Positions 52,021 to 63,323 of a stretch of 64,000 nt of DNA are shown here, one piece after another (the first letter of the stretch is position 1; the number at the start of each line of letters is the position of its first letter). The notes beneath the pieces are model-generated. The model had not been told where the DNA came from. It worked only from the letters and a program-made list of their open reading frames with translations, and searched no databases. Made by a program: the position numbers and the translations under genes. This DNA comes from Octopus vulgaris (taxonomy: Eukaryota), in contig OX597831.1 in assembly GCA_951406725.2 (NCBI GenBank), positions 5,704,001-5,768,000 on the forward strand. Reading direction: 5' to 3'.

Positions 52021-52997
52021 GAAAAACTAGCAGTGTGAGTAGGAGGAGACTCCAGGAATGTATGAGGAGAAGAGTGAGGAGGGATGTATGAGGAGAGTGC
52101 AAATATAATGAATGAACAAGTGTTGAGGGGTGGATGTCGTAAAGGGTAGACAAAGGGTTGGAGAGAATCTAGTGATGCAGGGCTTGGGAGTGAAGAGCTG
52201 CAGAAAAGTAGTGATGATACAGTAAATAGGAGAAGGTTGAGAGGAGAGATGGGTAGGTTGCAAGAACGAGGAGCAGGTATAGTACATAGTGAGAGATGTT
52301 TAGTGATGGAGAGGGAGAGAATATCTGGTGGTTCATGGAAGGGAGATCAGTGTAAAATACGGGTGGAGAGGACAGTGTAAGGATGAAGGATAGATATCAA
52401 GTGTAATGGTTCGAGACAGTGAGAAAGACTAGTGATATTATGGAAAAGCTGCAGTTAGAGTGATTGTGGGTGGTGGGGCTACCTTAGAGAGGAAATTGGG
52501 TGAAGGGTCCATTTCTGCTTTATTGTTATCATTTAACATTCATGATCCATGTTGGAATAGGGTTTTTCAGCCCAATCTTTATGTGCTTTTATCTATGACT
52601 TTATCTGAGTGCACAGAGATATTCAACATCATCACTTCACATCTGTTTTCCATGCTGGCATGAGTTAGATGGTTTGACTGAGGCTAATAAGCCAGAGAGC
52701 TGTACCAGGCTCCAGACTAATTTGCCCTTCCTAACACCAACCACCCCAAGGGAGTTAATGGGTGCCTTTTGCATGACATCAGCACGAGTGCCTTTTACTT
52801 GTATATACACATACATACAGCACTTCCAGAACTTTCTTTTTCTCACTTGTGTGGGTCTTCTTGAGGACTGCATATCGCTAATCCTGCTGGTCCTTTGTCA
52901 TCTCCTTCATGGGGTTCAAAGTCCCAAGACCAGCCTTCATCACTTTGTCTCATGTCTTCCTGGCTCTCCCTCTTCTACAAACTCAATCAACATTTAA

Positions 52998-53218
52998 CCC
53001 TTTCTTTACCAACCCGGCTGAAACCGGCTCTGGCTCAGTGGTACAAATGTCTTGTTTTCATAAGTTTTGAATTAAAATCTTCCACCAAACCTTAGTCCCA
53101 ATTTATGTTCCTAACACTAGCTGAATGATAACCAAGTTATTTTACTAAATTCTTTGTTATATTTAAAGTAATTGAAAGAAACACAAAGCATTTCAAAATA
53201 AATAAAGTAACGAAAGGG
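52998..53218. mobile_element. piggyBac-like MITE (221 bp), reverse orientation of 50178-50398
   Basis: TTAA flanks and cccttt TIRs. Confidence 0.9.
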
Positions 53219-54409
53219 TTAATAGAATCTATCTCCTGTGTGCTCATAGTACTTGTTGCTCCAGTTCATCTATCATTACAATACTTACGTCCTCTGTTAA
53301 TCTACCTGTGATTTACAATACTTTTTGCATCCATAGCATACAATGAATACAGCACATGCAGTTTATAACTTCTCCTTTTCTGCATCCTGAAGAAGACCAT
53401 TTCTCTGACGATACAAGGGCTTAGTCCTTTTTACTTACTTAAGCCCTTTGCTCGCTAAGAAGCATAGGCCATCAATGAATTTCTTCCACTATTCTTGATC
53501 ATCATCATCATCATTGTTTAACGTCCGTTCTCCATGCTAGCATGGGTTGGACGGTTCGACCGGGGATCTGGGAAGCCAGAAGGCTGCACCAGGCTCCAGT
53601 CTTATCTGGCAATGTTTCTACAGCTGGATGCCCTTCCTAACGCCAACCACTCCGTGAGTGTAGTGGGTGCTTTTTACGTGCCACCTGCACAGGTGCCAGG
53701 CGAGGCTGGCAACGGCCACGGTCGGATTGGTGTATTTTATGTGCCACCGGCACGGAAGCCAGTCAAGGCGGTGCTGGCATCGGCCACGAGTCGGATAGTG
53801 CTTTTTACGTACCACCAGACCAGGGATCCTGGCTGGTTCAATTCGATTTTGATTTCGATTTCCTGGGTAGCATTTTTTCTCCCAGGTCGTGTTGGTTTTG
53901 AATTGTCATCAAGGCTTCTATAACTCTGCTTTTTTCTAGGTAGGGATGTTGGCCCTCTGCAAACCTATGTTTACCCCTGGGAAGACGAAATCCATATTAG
54001 TCTGGCCTTTGTCCTGCAACCTGTCCATCATAGGAACCCTAACAAGAGCTTACATGTCACTAGTCATAGCTCTCAAGGTCATCAAGACACTACACTACAA
54101 CAAGGACTAGACCTTGTAGAGGTCCTATCTTCCTTCATACTAAAACCTTAGACTTTGCTATGTTTACCTTGGAGTTCTTGATTGTAGTTTCAGTTTCTAT
54201 GTCTGAAATTTCCCTTCTAGTTCCCCTAAAAATTCAGCCAAGCATGCTGAAGATACCATGGACAACCTGTTTGAGACTCCTTTTGAATGGCCTGTAGGAT
54301 TATGATAAACAGAAGTGGGACTGAGGAGGAATGGTTTGTGTAAACATCTACTGCAAGAAAAAATGAGAAGATTCAGTGGACACGCAAAAAGAACATTGAG
54401 AACCCGGAC

Positions 54410-54800
54410 GTTAGAGATGGCTATGAAAAACTGTTAAACATGGAGAACACCCAGAATAGAGAGAGTTTAACTCATGTTGACCTTACAGATGGACAGCAAT
54501 CTAAGTTGACAGCAGTTTGGTAGATGAAGTGATTAAGGACTTCAATGTCGGGAAAGCTGATGGCCCTTCAGAAATAGTTGCTGAGATGAATAAGATATTT
54601 GGGGAGGTAAGTTACATGATAATCACCCAGATAGTAAATCATGTTACATAAGGTGTCATACCTGACAATTTAGGAGTAGGAGATACCTTAGAGGGAGGAA
54701 ATTGTTGGATAAGGTTTTGAAGATTAGATTACAGGAAGAGTCATAATGCAATTGAGCTGAAGCAGAGTTAACTTAGGTGAAATGCAGTCTGGCTTCATGG
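54410..54800 (+). pseudogene. Decayed RTE-clade reverse transcriptase fragment
   Basis: Fragments YEKLLNMEN, LVDEVIKDFNVGKADGPSEIVAEM, GDTLEGGN and EMQSGFM correspond to the GKAPGP / KGD...NYR / QFGF motifs, with frameshifts and stops. Confidence 0.72.
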
Positions 54801-55412
54801 TACATGGTATAGACAACCTGTCTGGCTTCATGGTACATGGTATGGTCTGGCTTCATGATACAAAGGTATAGATGATCTGTGATTCAAAACTTTCAGATGA
54901 TCTCATACCCAACACTGTTAGATTATTTGGTACTTATTGTAGTTAGATAAGATTATCTAGTACTTAATACTTACATATAATCTGTTACCTAACATATTAG
55001 ATCAGTTGGTGCCTAATACTGTCAGACGATGATATCTATCAGTGACAAGTAGGTGCACTGAAGTAGCCTAAAGTATGTATATATCCGGTTCATACACCCA
55101 GTACTTGCAGTGGATTTGAACTAAAGACATACGAGATGGCAGAGTATACATCGGAGAATTTTAAGGACCAACATTTAGTGCCTAATTCCATGGCATTAAG
55201 CGGTTAAAAGATAAATCTCAGGAAAGATTCCCAGATATTTAGAACCAGTCCTTCTCTGTTTGGTGAAGAGGGCTGATGTGGAATAAAGAGCTCTACTCTC
55301 AAACACATAGAGCAGGTTTGAACTTGCAACTCCTTATCTATTCACTTCAACTTATCAAAAGAAGCCAGTTGCAGGGTCATAGTATTAAATCATCTCTAGA
55401 TAAGACCACTCA

Positions 55413-55453
<41 letters not shown>

Positions 55454-56175
55454 CTAACATTCCCATACCTGCACAGGGTTAGCTATCTTACTGGGCAGAA
55501 TTGAAACCCTCAACATACCAGTCACAATAGAATCAACTTTGTTTCACCTCTCTGATGTGTTACCATATTTCTTATTTCTTTATTGCCCACAAGGGGCTAA
55601 ACACAGAGGGGACAAACAAGGACAGACAAAGCGATTAAGTCGATTACATCGACCCCAGTGTCAGGGACTGGGGTGTCATTTTGGGGGGAAATGTTGTGAT
55701 CTCAGTCATTTACACACCATGGAAACTGAGTAACCATGGAAACTGAGTAACCTTGGAAACTGAGTAAGCAGTCCTAGAGTTTGTAGGACTTAAGACTGTA
55801 CCTATTTACAGGTGTGATGATGGTTTCTTAGAGCAAAAAAAGGAAAGGTGAAGTTACATTCTTAAGTCATAACAACTCATAGGGGGACTCATTTACAGCT
55901 AAGTGGACTGGACCAACTTCAAATGAAGTGTTTTTCCCATGAACACAATGCACCACCCAGTCTGGGAACTGAAACCACGATCTTGAGGCCAAAGGTGCAA
56001 CACCCTAACCACTCAATTACATACCTTTAATACCTCCTGTGTTTTACAAGATTTCCATGGAGGCGCATGGCTTAGTGGTTAGGGTACTGGACTCATGATT
56101 GTAACATTGTGGTTTCAATTCTTGAACCAGGCAACATGCAGTGTTCTTGAGCAAAACACTTCATTTTACAGTTCT

Positions 56176-56523
56176 GAGATGAGGAATTATGTACATTATT
56201 TACATTATTTACATTTGACAGATATTTCTCCTCATCTTTGTTGTTAATACAACGTTTCGGCTGATATACCCTCCAGCCTTCATCAGGTGTCTTGGGGAAA
56301 TTTCAAACCTGGGTTCTCATTCCTAAGGTATTTTTCAATGTTATAATAATTATTATTATTATTATTGTTCAGGTCACTGCTTGGAATTGAACTCAGAATC
56401 TTGGGGTTAGTAGCCCGTGCTCTTAACCACTGCGCCATATGCCCACAGGCATATGGCTTAGTGTTAACAACAAACGAGATGAGGACAAATATCCATCAAA
56501 TGCAAATAATGTAAATAATGTAC
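56176..56523 (-). mobile_element. tRNA-headed short element with Penelope-like 3' region (56176-56444) plus an inverted, internally deleted copy (56445-56523)
   Basis: A and B boxes in the head, (aat)n, hammerhead core and inverted tail. Confidence 0.7.
56246..56291 (-). ncRNA. Minimal (Penelope-type) hammerhead ribozyme motif
   Basis: Minus strand: gacac-CTGATGA-a-GGCTG-gagggtatat-CAGCC-GAAAC-GTT-gtatt. It has the conserved core, a 5-bp stem II, palindromic AACGTT in place of helix III, and stem I with one mismatch. Confidence 0.6.
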
Positions 56524-56778
56524 TTCATATTACGTTGTTCCATTCCATTCAGCTGGCAAAAAAAAAAGTAATCCTGTGATGGATCGGTGTTCCGGCCAGG
56601 TGGGGAATATACGTGCCATGGAAATTGGGAAACCAGCCCTTATGAGTCTACATGACTTGGGAAGGAACTTCACCCTTTTTTTTTATTACAAGATTTCCAA
56701 TACAATTCACTGAGATTAATTACTCAGGGATGCTATTTGCATGAAAACGGATAATTAAGTTAGTACTAACATATTTAA

Positions 56779-56999
56779 CCCTTTAGCATTTAAACTGGCC
56801 ATATCTGGCCAAAAGTATTCTGCCTGTTTTATGTTCAAACTGGTCAGATCTGGTCTCTCACACCAACCCTACAATATCGTTTTAAAAATTAACTGCTACC
56901 TCATCAAAATCTCATAGCACCAAGATAATGCCTGATTAGTTCAAGGCAATGTGGATAAAAAAGGATTAATTTTGGCAGAATAATGCAAACACTAAAGGG
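56779..56999. mobile_element. piggyBac-like MITE, second family (221 bp)
   Basis: TTAA-ccctttag ... ctaaaggg-TTAA. Confidence 0.88.
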
Positions 57000-57414
57000 T
57001 TAAGTTTGTAAACATAAAGAAGTAGTTGTTTAGTCTACATTACTCTGTAAGAAGCATAGGGCTAGTCTCCAGGTGTCTCTGGCGTATACATTCCTCCTGG
57101 ATGGGTCACTAGTCCATTGCAAGATTACTCATCTTCGCCAGCTGAGTGGACTGAAAGCATGTGAAATGAAGCAGTTTGCTCAAGAACCATCACACCACCC
57201 AGGATTACAGGTCAGTTCATTTTATATCCTGGTGTTGGATAAATAATCTAACAAAGCAGGAAGAAAGAAAGTATTCTCACGACACAATATGATTACTGTT
57301 ACATGAGACTCAATGCTCTCAATGAACAGCTCATAGTGAACTGCTAACCCCTCAATTGCTCACAGTTCTTTATTTCATTGTAATGTGTCAATCCGCTTTT
57401 AGTCACATGGGGAT

Positions 57415-57635
57415 GGTCGGAATCCTTCCACAACAGTTCAACACCAATTCACTGCAGCAAAAGTTCACTGCCATCGATTCACTGTGAAGAGAGTTCACCA
57501 TGAGGAAAGTTTCCTGAGAAAATATATCCATAGTAGCTCACCATTAATAGTTAAAAAACTATTTTATTGAAAAAAACAAGAAAAAAATGGTGAACTTTCC
57601 ATGCAGTGAATTGATGACAGCGAAATTACTGGACC
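57415..57635. mobile_element. Possible old MITE with inverted (ttcactgc / gcagtgaa) subrepeats
   Basis: Left ttcac repeats mirrored by right gtgaa repeats; ggtc/gacc ends. Confidence 0.35.
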
Positions 57636-57869
57636 TGACCATCTAGTACAGGAATCGAAACCACAATCGTATGATCATGAGACAGACAGCTTCACCACAA
57701 AGCCATGCACCTCCACAAGAAATAGTAATTAACCTCAATGATTGCCAGATCAGATTGGAGTCTGGTGCAGCCATCTGGTTCACCAGTCCTCAGTCAAATC
57801 GTCCAACCCATGCTAGCATGGAACACAGATGTTAAACGATGATGATGATGATGATGATGACGACAATGG

Positions 57870-58298
57870 ATGGACAGGTGTCCTCACCTTGAATGGATAG
57901 GTGTCCTCACCTTGGACACACAGGTGTCCTCACCATGGATGGACAGGTGTCCTCACTTTGGACAGACAGGCGTCCTCCCCTTAGGCAGATAGGTGTCCTC
58001 ATCTTGGACAGGCAGGTGCCCTCACCTTGGAAAGGCGGGTGCCCTCACCTTGGAAAGGCGGGTGCCCTCACCTTGGAAAGGCGGGTGCCCTCACCTTGGA
58101 AAGGCGGGTGCTCTCACCTTGGAAAGGCAGGTGCCCTCACCTTGGAAAGGCAGGTGCCCTCACCTTGAATGGTCAGGAGTCCTCACCAACAGACAGGTGT
58201 CCTCACTGACAGATGGTGTCTTCACCTTGAACAGACAGGTGCCCTCACTTTGAACAGACAGGTGCCCTCACCTTGAACAGACAGATGTCCTCACCTTG
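57870..58298. repeat. 23-bp minisatellite (caggtgccctcaccttggaaagg), ~18 units
   Basis: Direct inspection; 23-aa periodicity in the ORF track. Confidence 0.93.
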
Positions 58299-58449
58299 TC
58301 TGCTGTTATCACAGTTTCTGTTCACTCTTGACATCCATGTCAAGAGTGAACAGAAGTTGTGATAATAACAAACAAGGTGAGAACACCTTGCCATGCATTG
58401 TAAATAATGTACATAATTCCTCATCACAAAAACATAGACTAGTATTATT

Positions 58450-58880
58450 TCAATGATTTAGTTTCATTAAAAATATTAATGTTTCACATCTATCATGTAC
58501 AGCATTATACAGCAACTTCATGATTCTCTCATCTTTATTTTGGTATGTAAAGCCCTGCTTTGCTGAGGAGGTCTAATAAGATTGGAACATGTGTCTAAAT
58601 TTGTCTTTTGTACTTGCATTGCTCAGTCCAGGAATCAAAACCACAATCTTGTGATCACGAGTCAGACACCCTAACCACTATGCCATGTGCCTCCACAAGA
58701 AATAATAATTAAGCTCAATGATTTAGTTTCATTAAAAATATTCATATTTCACATATATCATGTACAGTATCATACAGCAACTTCAGGATTCGCTCATCTT
58801 TATTTAGGTATGTAAAGTCCTGTTTTGCTGAGGAGGTCTAATAAGATCGGAACGTGTCTGGATTTGTCCCTTGTACTTGC
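58450..58880 (+). repeat. ~165-bp direct duplication (58450-58618 and 58716-58880) separated by a SINE head
   Basis: Colinear copies, each containing ctgaggaggtctaataagat.ggaac. Confidence 0.85.
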
Positions 58881-59624
58881 TGAAATAATTAAAATGATAT
58901 TGGTTATTAAGTTAAAATTATTTCTTGTAGACCACATAATTATTTCGTCTTAAATCTTTGATGGTCGTTATATCAAATATATTTAACATTAAAATTACAT
59001 TTAGTTTCCCGTTGTTGCTACGTAAAATTCCACCAGAAGCGGCTGGAAGTATCATTACAGCAGGGCTTAAGAGAGGGAGAGAGAGAGTTCGACAAATATC
59101 AATGATTAAAGATTGACAGTTCCATGAATGAAAGCAGACGGTCTATGGACATGCAGAGATGATACGGACAGTCTACAGTCATATAGACAGACCAAAGACA
59201 GATAGACATATCGACAGAAAGGCAGATAGGCTATAAACAAACTACAGCCATGCAGAAACAGGCAAACACAGTGTTTAGACATGCAACGATAGAAGTCTAC
59301 AAGCAGTTTCCAATCAGACAGTCAGACAGACAGAGTCTGTAGACCTGCAGAGACAGACAGACAGTCTAAAGACCTGCAGATAGACAAATATCAGCAGTAA
59401 TTAATAACAGCAGTGGGGAAAGGAAGAGGGATCGAAGGGTGGAGTGGATGGATGGATGGGTTATTGTATTTATTGAGTGACGGTGTGGCGTACAGAAGAA
59501 ACGAAGGGCAAAAATAAACGAAATATCAAATACATCGTTAGTAAACGGAATGGCTAAATTATGTACCGGCGGGAATGATCTCATTGTTTGGATAAAGGAA
59601 CGATTATTGTAATAAAAACATAGG

Positions 59625-60165
59625 AGGTGCAGCAGGAGTAAGGGTTACATTGGCTGGGCAAAGCAAAGATAGCAAGGATTTCGTCAGTGAGCAAAGCAAC
59701 AATAGTAAGGTACGTGTTGATAGAGCAACAATGATAAGGATCGCGTGAGTGAATGGAGCAACAATGGTAAGGATCACGTTGATGGGTGAAGTAACAACGG
59801 TAAGGATCACGTTGGTGTAAGGAGTAACAATGGTAAGGGTTACTTTAGTGGGTGGAGCAACATTGGTAAGGATTACGTTGATGGGTGAAGTAACAACGGT
59901 AAGGATCACGTTGGTGAAGGAGGAACAATGGTAAGGGTTACGTTAATGGGTGGAGCAACACTGGTAAGGATTACATTGATGGGTGGAGCAACAATGGTAA
60001 GGATTACGTTGGCGGGCAGAGCAACAATGATAAGGGTCATGTTGGTTAATGGAGGAACAATAGTTAAGGACACAGTAAATGTGTGAAGCAATATTGATAA
60101 GGATCACATTGATGAATGATGCAGAAATAGTAATGATCACATTAGCAAGATGGGCAAGGATAGAC
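59625..60165. repeat. 33-bp degenerate minisatellite (ggagcaacaatggtaaggatcacgttgatgggt)
   Basis: Direct inspection; 11-aa periodic ORFs broken by a frameshift. Confidence 0.9.
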
Positions 60166-61602
60166 ATTGATTATTCCAGCAGCAGCTGAGGGGAGAAACT
60201 TTAATGAAACACGTTATCCAGTGAGACAAAATCAGAGAAAGGAGATACGTGTGTAAAAGTTGTAATAACTATTTTAATGGGTAAGAGCACGGGCTGTAAT
60301 AAACTGAAGGGAGAAGGAGGAATAAATATTGTAATAATCTCAAGGGGAGGAGGAGAAAATAGATTGTAATAATCTGAAGAGGAAGGTACAAAGACTGTAA
60401 GGTGGGTGGAGGTACATCAACAAACACAATAACAAAATAAGATTAACCAGGTTTAAAAGAACATAATTAGGATATTTTTTCAGATACAGTGGCACCTTGG
60501 GTAGGAGTCTTCTTTTCAATCACAATGTCTCGGAAATGAATTTGGAAGATGGAAAATGTATGAAACCCGAAGCGTAGGTATATAGGTGTGTAGAGGTATT
60601 CCATGGCTTCGCTCGAGCGAAAAGGCAATCATGTTTACACTCCTTGCAAACATTACGTCCAATCGCTCTGCGCTTTCGAAGACCTGTGGAATAACCAGTC
60701 CTTGCTTGAGAAAACAGGGTTTGGCGACAGGAAGAGCATTCGGTCGTTAAATAATACCTCAACAAATCCTTGTTGAACCCATGGAAAGACAGATATGTTG
60801 GACAAACAAACGAATGTAATATATACTTGAATAAATTCACAATTTATACATGTACACATTGCATACACACATAAATATATGTTTTTATATATGTATGTAT
60901 ATATATGTTAAGTGCACGCTTATTATATGTATACTTGAATATATATATATGGCTGCCTCTAGATTCACGGCGAGGATGAGAAGAGGAAAAAAGCTCCTCG
61001 TGGATACGACGCTTGTCAACTGCAAGACTTCACTGCTGTCCATCCAAACATCGGTAAAATTACAGAGTTTACCCAAACATCTCCGTGAACCAAGATAGAA
61101 AAGGCCCTACCCAGAAACACAGGAGTGCGCTGGCTACAGGTTTGAAACTACAATCTTGGGAGTTGATAGTTTCGATACGTCAGTCACCCGGCCATTTCGA
61201 ATTTATTTCTGTCTGGCTGAGTGAGGACATGCAATGTTTAGGGGGCGACACCCTTCCTCGAAATACATAATCACTAAATAAAAGAAATGGGGGGGGAGCC
61301 TAAGTGCGCACGCACATGCATGACTGCGTGCTCACGTTCATACATGTGTGTGTATATGCATGATACATACATATGTGCATCATGAATATGCACGCACACA
61401 CGCATTTGTTATTCGGATTTATATATACGCACTTAAATTCACATCTACATACGAATATATTTGCATACATACATGTACTTATGTTTATACAATGCAAACA
61501 CACACACACACACACTTGTAGACCGTACCGAAGCAGGTATTCACAGAGAGACACACAAACACACACATTGACAAATACGTGCATCCACTGACACACAAAT
61601 GC

Positions 61603-61646
<44 letters not shown>

Positions 61647-62357
61647 ATATCTGTGTGAGTATGTTTGAGAGAAATGAGAGCGACCGGCATAGTGACTTCA
61701 GAAAAGCTACTCCATACATAAACAAGACATTTACTATGGCAAAAATTTTACCACTGCACTATTACATAACACGCAGTACATATATTTATAAACACACCCA
61801 AAATGTATGACAATATATATACACTTGCATATGGTGCGTTGTCCACCAAATCCAATGACCACACTCACAACATATACCATAAACGCATAACATTACACAC
61901 TCACATATATATACACACATACATATACACGCACTTGCAAACATAAATATACGCTCTCAAACACACACACAAATTATATATATATATATATATATGTATG
62001 TATATATATACGTATGCAGGAATATGTGTATATTATATAACGTTGTCTACTAATAGTGTAACGAAAACCTCTGAGAAAAATGATAACGCGAAAACATACA
62101 GGGAAGTCCAACAGGGAATATATTATTTAGTGAATTTATTATGGTATATATATTATCACAAGAGATCGGAAGAAACTGGGTGTGTATCCACATATATACA
62201 CACACATACAGTGAGGAGGTGAAGGGGCAACGAGTGTTGTAATAACTTAAGAAGGAAAGGAGGAACCTCGACAATTATATTCCTAATTGCTGACATTAAC
62301 ACGGATACCTGCACGAAACTAGAGTACGCACTATAACCACATATACATATATGTGAT

Positions 62358-62418
<61 letters not shown>

Positions 62419-62553
62419 CAGAGAGAAAGAGAAATATACACACATGTATAAATAGATATATACAAATATATAGAATATGTATATGTATATATATGTATAA
62501 TATCAAGTTAATTAGTCAAACAGTAATAAAAATTAAGATGCTAAAGAACTTAC

Positions 62554-62619
62554 ATCCTCGAAAATGGATCCAACGTTGGCGCTAACAAGTAAAATCCGTG
62601 TTAAACCGTTGTCTCCCAT
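62554..62619 (-). CDS. INPP5A: First coding exon of type I inositol-1,4,5-trisphosphate 5-phosphatase (22 codons; CDS continues after an intron)
   Basis: Minus strand reads ATG GGA GAC AAC GGT TTA ACA CGG ATT TTA CTT GTT AGC GCC AAC GTT GGA TCC ATT TTC GAG GAT|GTAAGT = MGDNGLTRILLVSANVGSIFED. This matches the INPP5A N-terminal motif (human VLLVTANVGSLFDD). Perfect phase-0 GTAAGT donor; in-frame TAG upstream of the ATG. Confidence 0.9.
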
Positions 62620-62720
62620 ACTTGGTGGAGTGTTTTGGTATGATTGTTGGTGTAGTAGAATTTCCTTAGGTAGTGCACACTAGAATGGCACTACGGTGTC
62701 TAGCAATCACAGCAGCAAGT
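62554..62720 (-). other. INPP5A: INPP5A exon with 101 nt of 5'UTR plus the start codon; internal exon with its own acceptor
   Basis: Minus strand has pyrimidine tract and AG (tctatatttctctatag|acttgct) at 62721-62737; donor at 62548-62553. Confidence 0.6.
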
Positions 62721-63283
62721 CTATAGAGAAATATAGACATCATCTACGTCTATACATTTATTATTATATACATATTATATATTTCATAAAGAGAAGGGAT
62801 TTATATATATATAAGAGATATATATCTTAGACGGAGCAATTTACAAGGAGAGAGAGCGATTCACCGCTGAAGTGTTGTGGTCAGTGTTGCGTCAAACAAC
62901 ATTTAGACAAAACCTACATATAAATAAAGATATATATTCGGCAGGATATTCATACACACTTGTTTACACCTCGTAGACATAGATAAATATTTATACAAAT
63001 ATCAATATTGTATTTTTATAGCACAGTGGGAATTGTGAGTGCGGGGCTGGGAGGGGTGGAAGATGAGGTGTTGAAAAGCCACCTTCACACGTGTGCACAC
63101 ACGCACCGACCATACAGAATCGCTGATTTGCTCGAGGTACCCGACTGTGAATGTCTCTCATCAGCCTCTGCAAATCTGATTGTATGTGTGTATATGTGCT
63201 CTCTAATATACATAAACTGTCGTAATATTTAACGAGAACGTGACTTTAAAAACATACAGTTTACATACATACATACATTACAT

Positions 63284-63323
<40 letters not shown>

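Larger units (their letters stand above)
56059..56683 (+). mobile_element. tRNA-derived SINE family F (host of the hammerhead element) with TSD ttacaagatttcca
   Basis: Head at 56059, body resumes at ~56523; TSD at ~56044 and ~56686. Confidence 0.75.
1..62553 (-). other. INPP5A: Intron following the first coding exon of INPP5A (>62 kb, runs off the window)
   Basis: Donor at 62553. A by-eye scan of the non-repeat segments found no match to the expected short next exon (about PENxxxxWLxEF). Confidence 0.6.

Noticed and set aside
54215-54270. Possible INPP5A exon 2 (AWLNF-like on the minus strand)
   Set aside because: Immediate stop codon, no donor, and does not begin with the expected Pro.
58304-58367. 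miRNA precursor
   Set aside because: Loop of only 2-4 nt and part of a TE-derived palindrome with transition-only decay; no supporting evidence from sequence alone.
59604-60167. 11-aa repeat protein
   Set aside because: Frame broken by an indel near 59910; non-coding 33-bp minisatellite.
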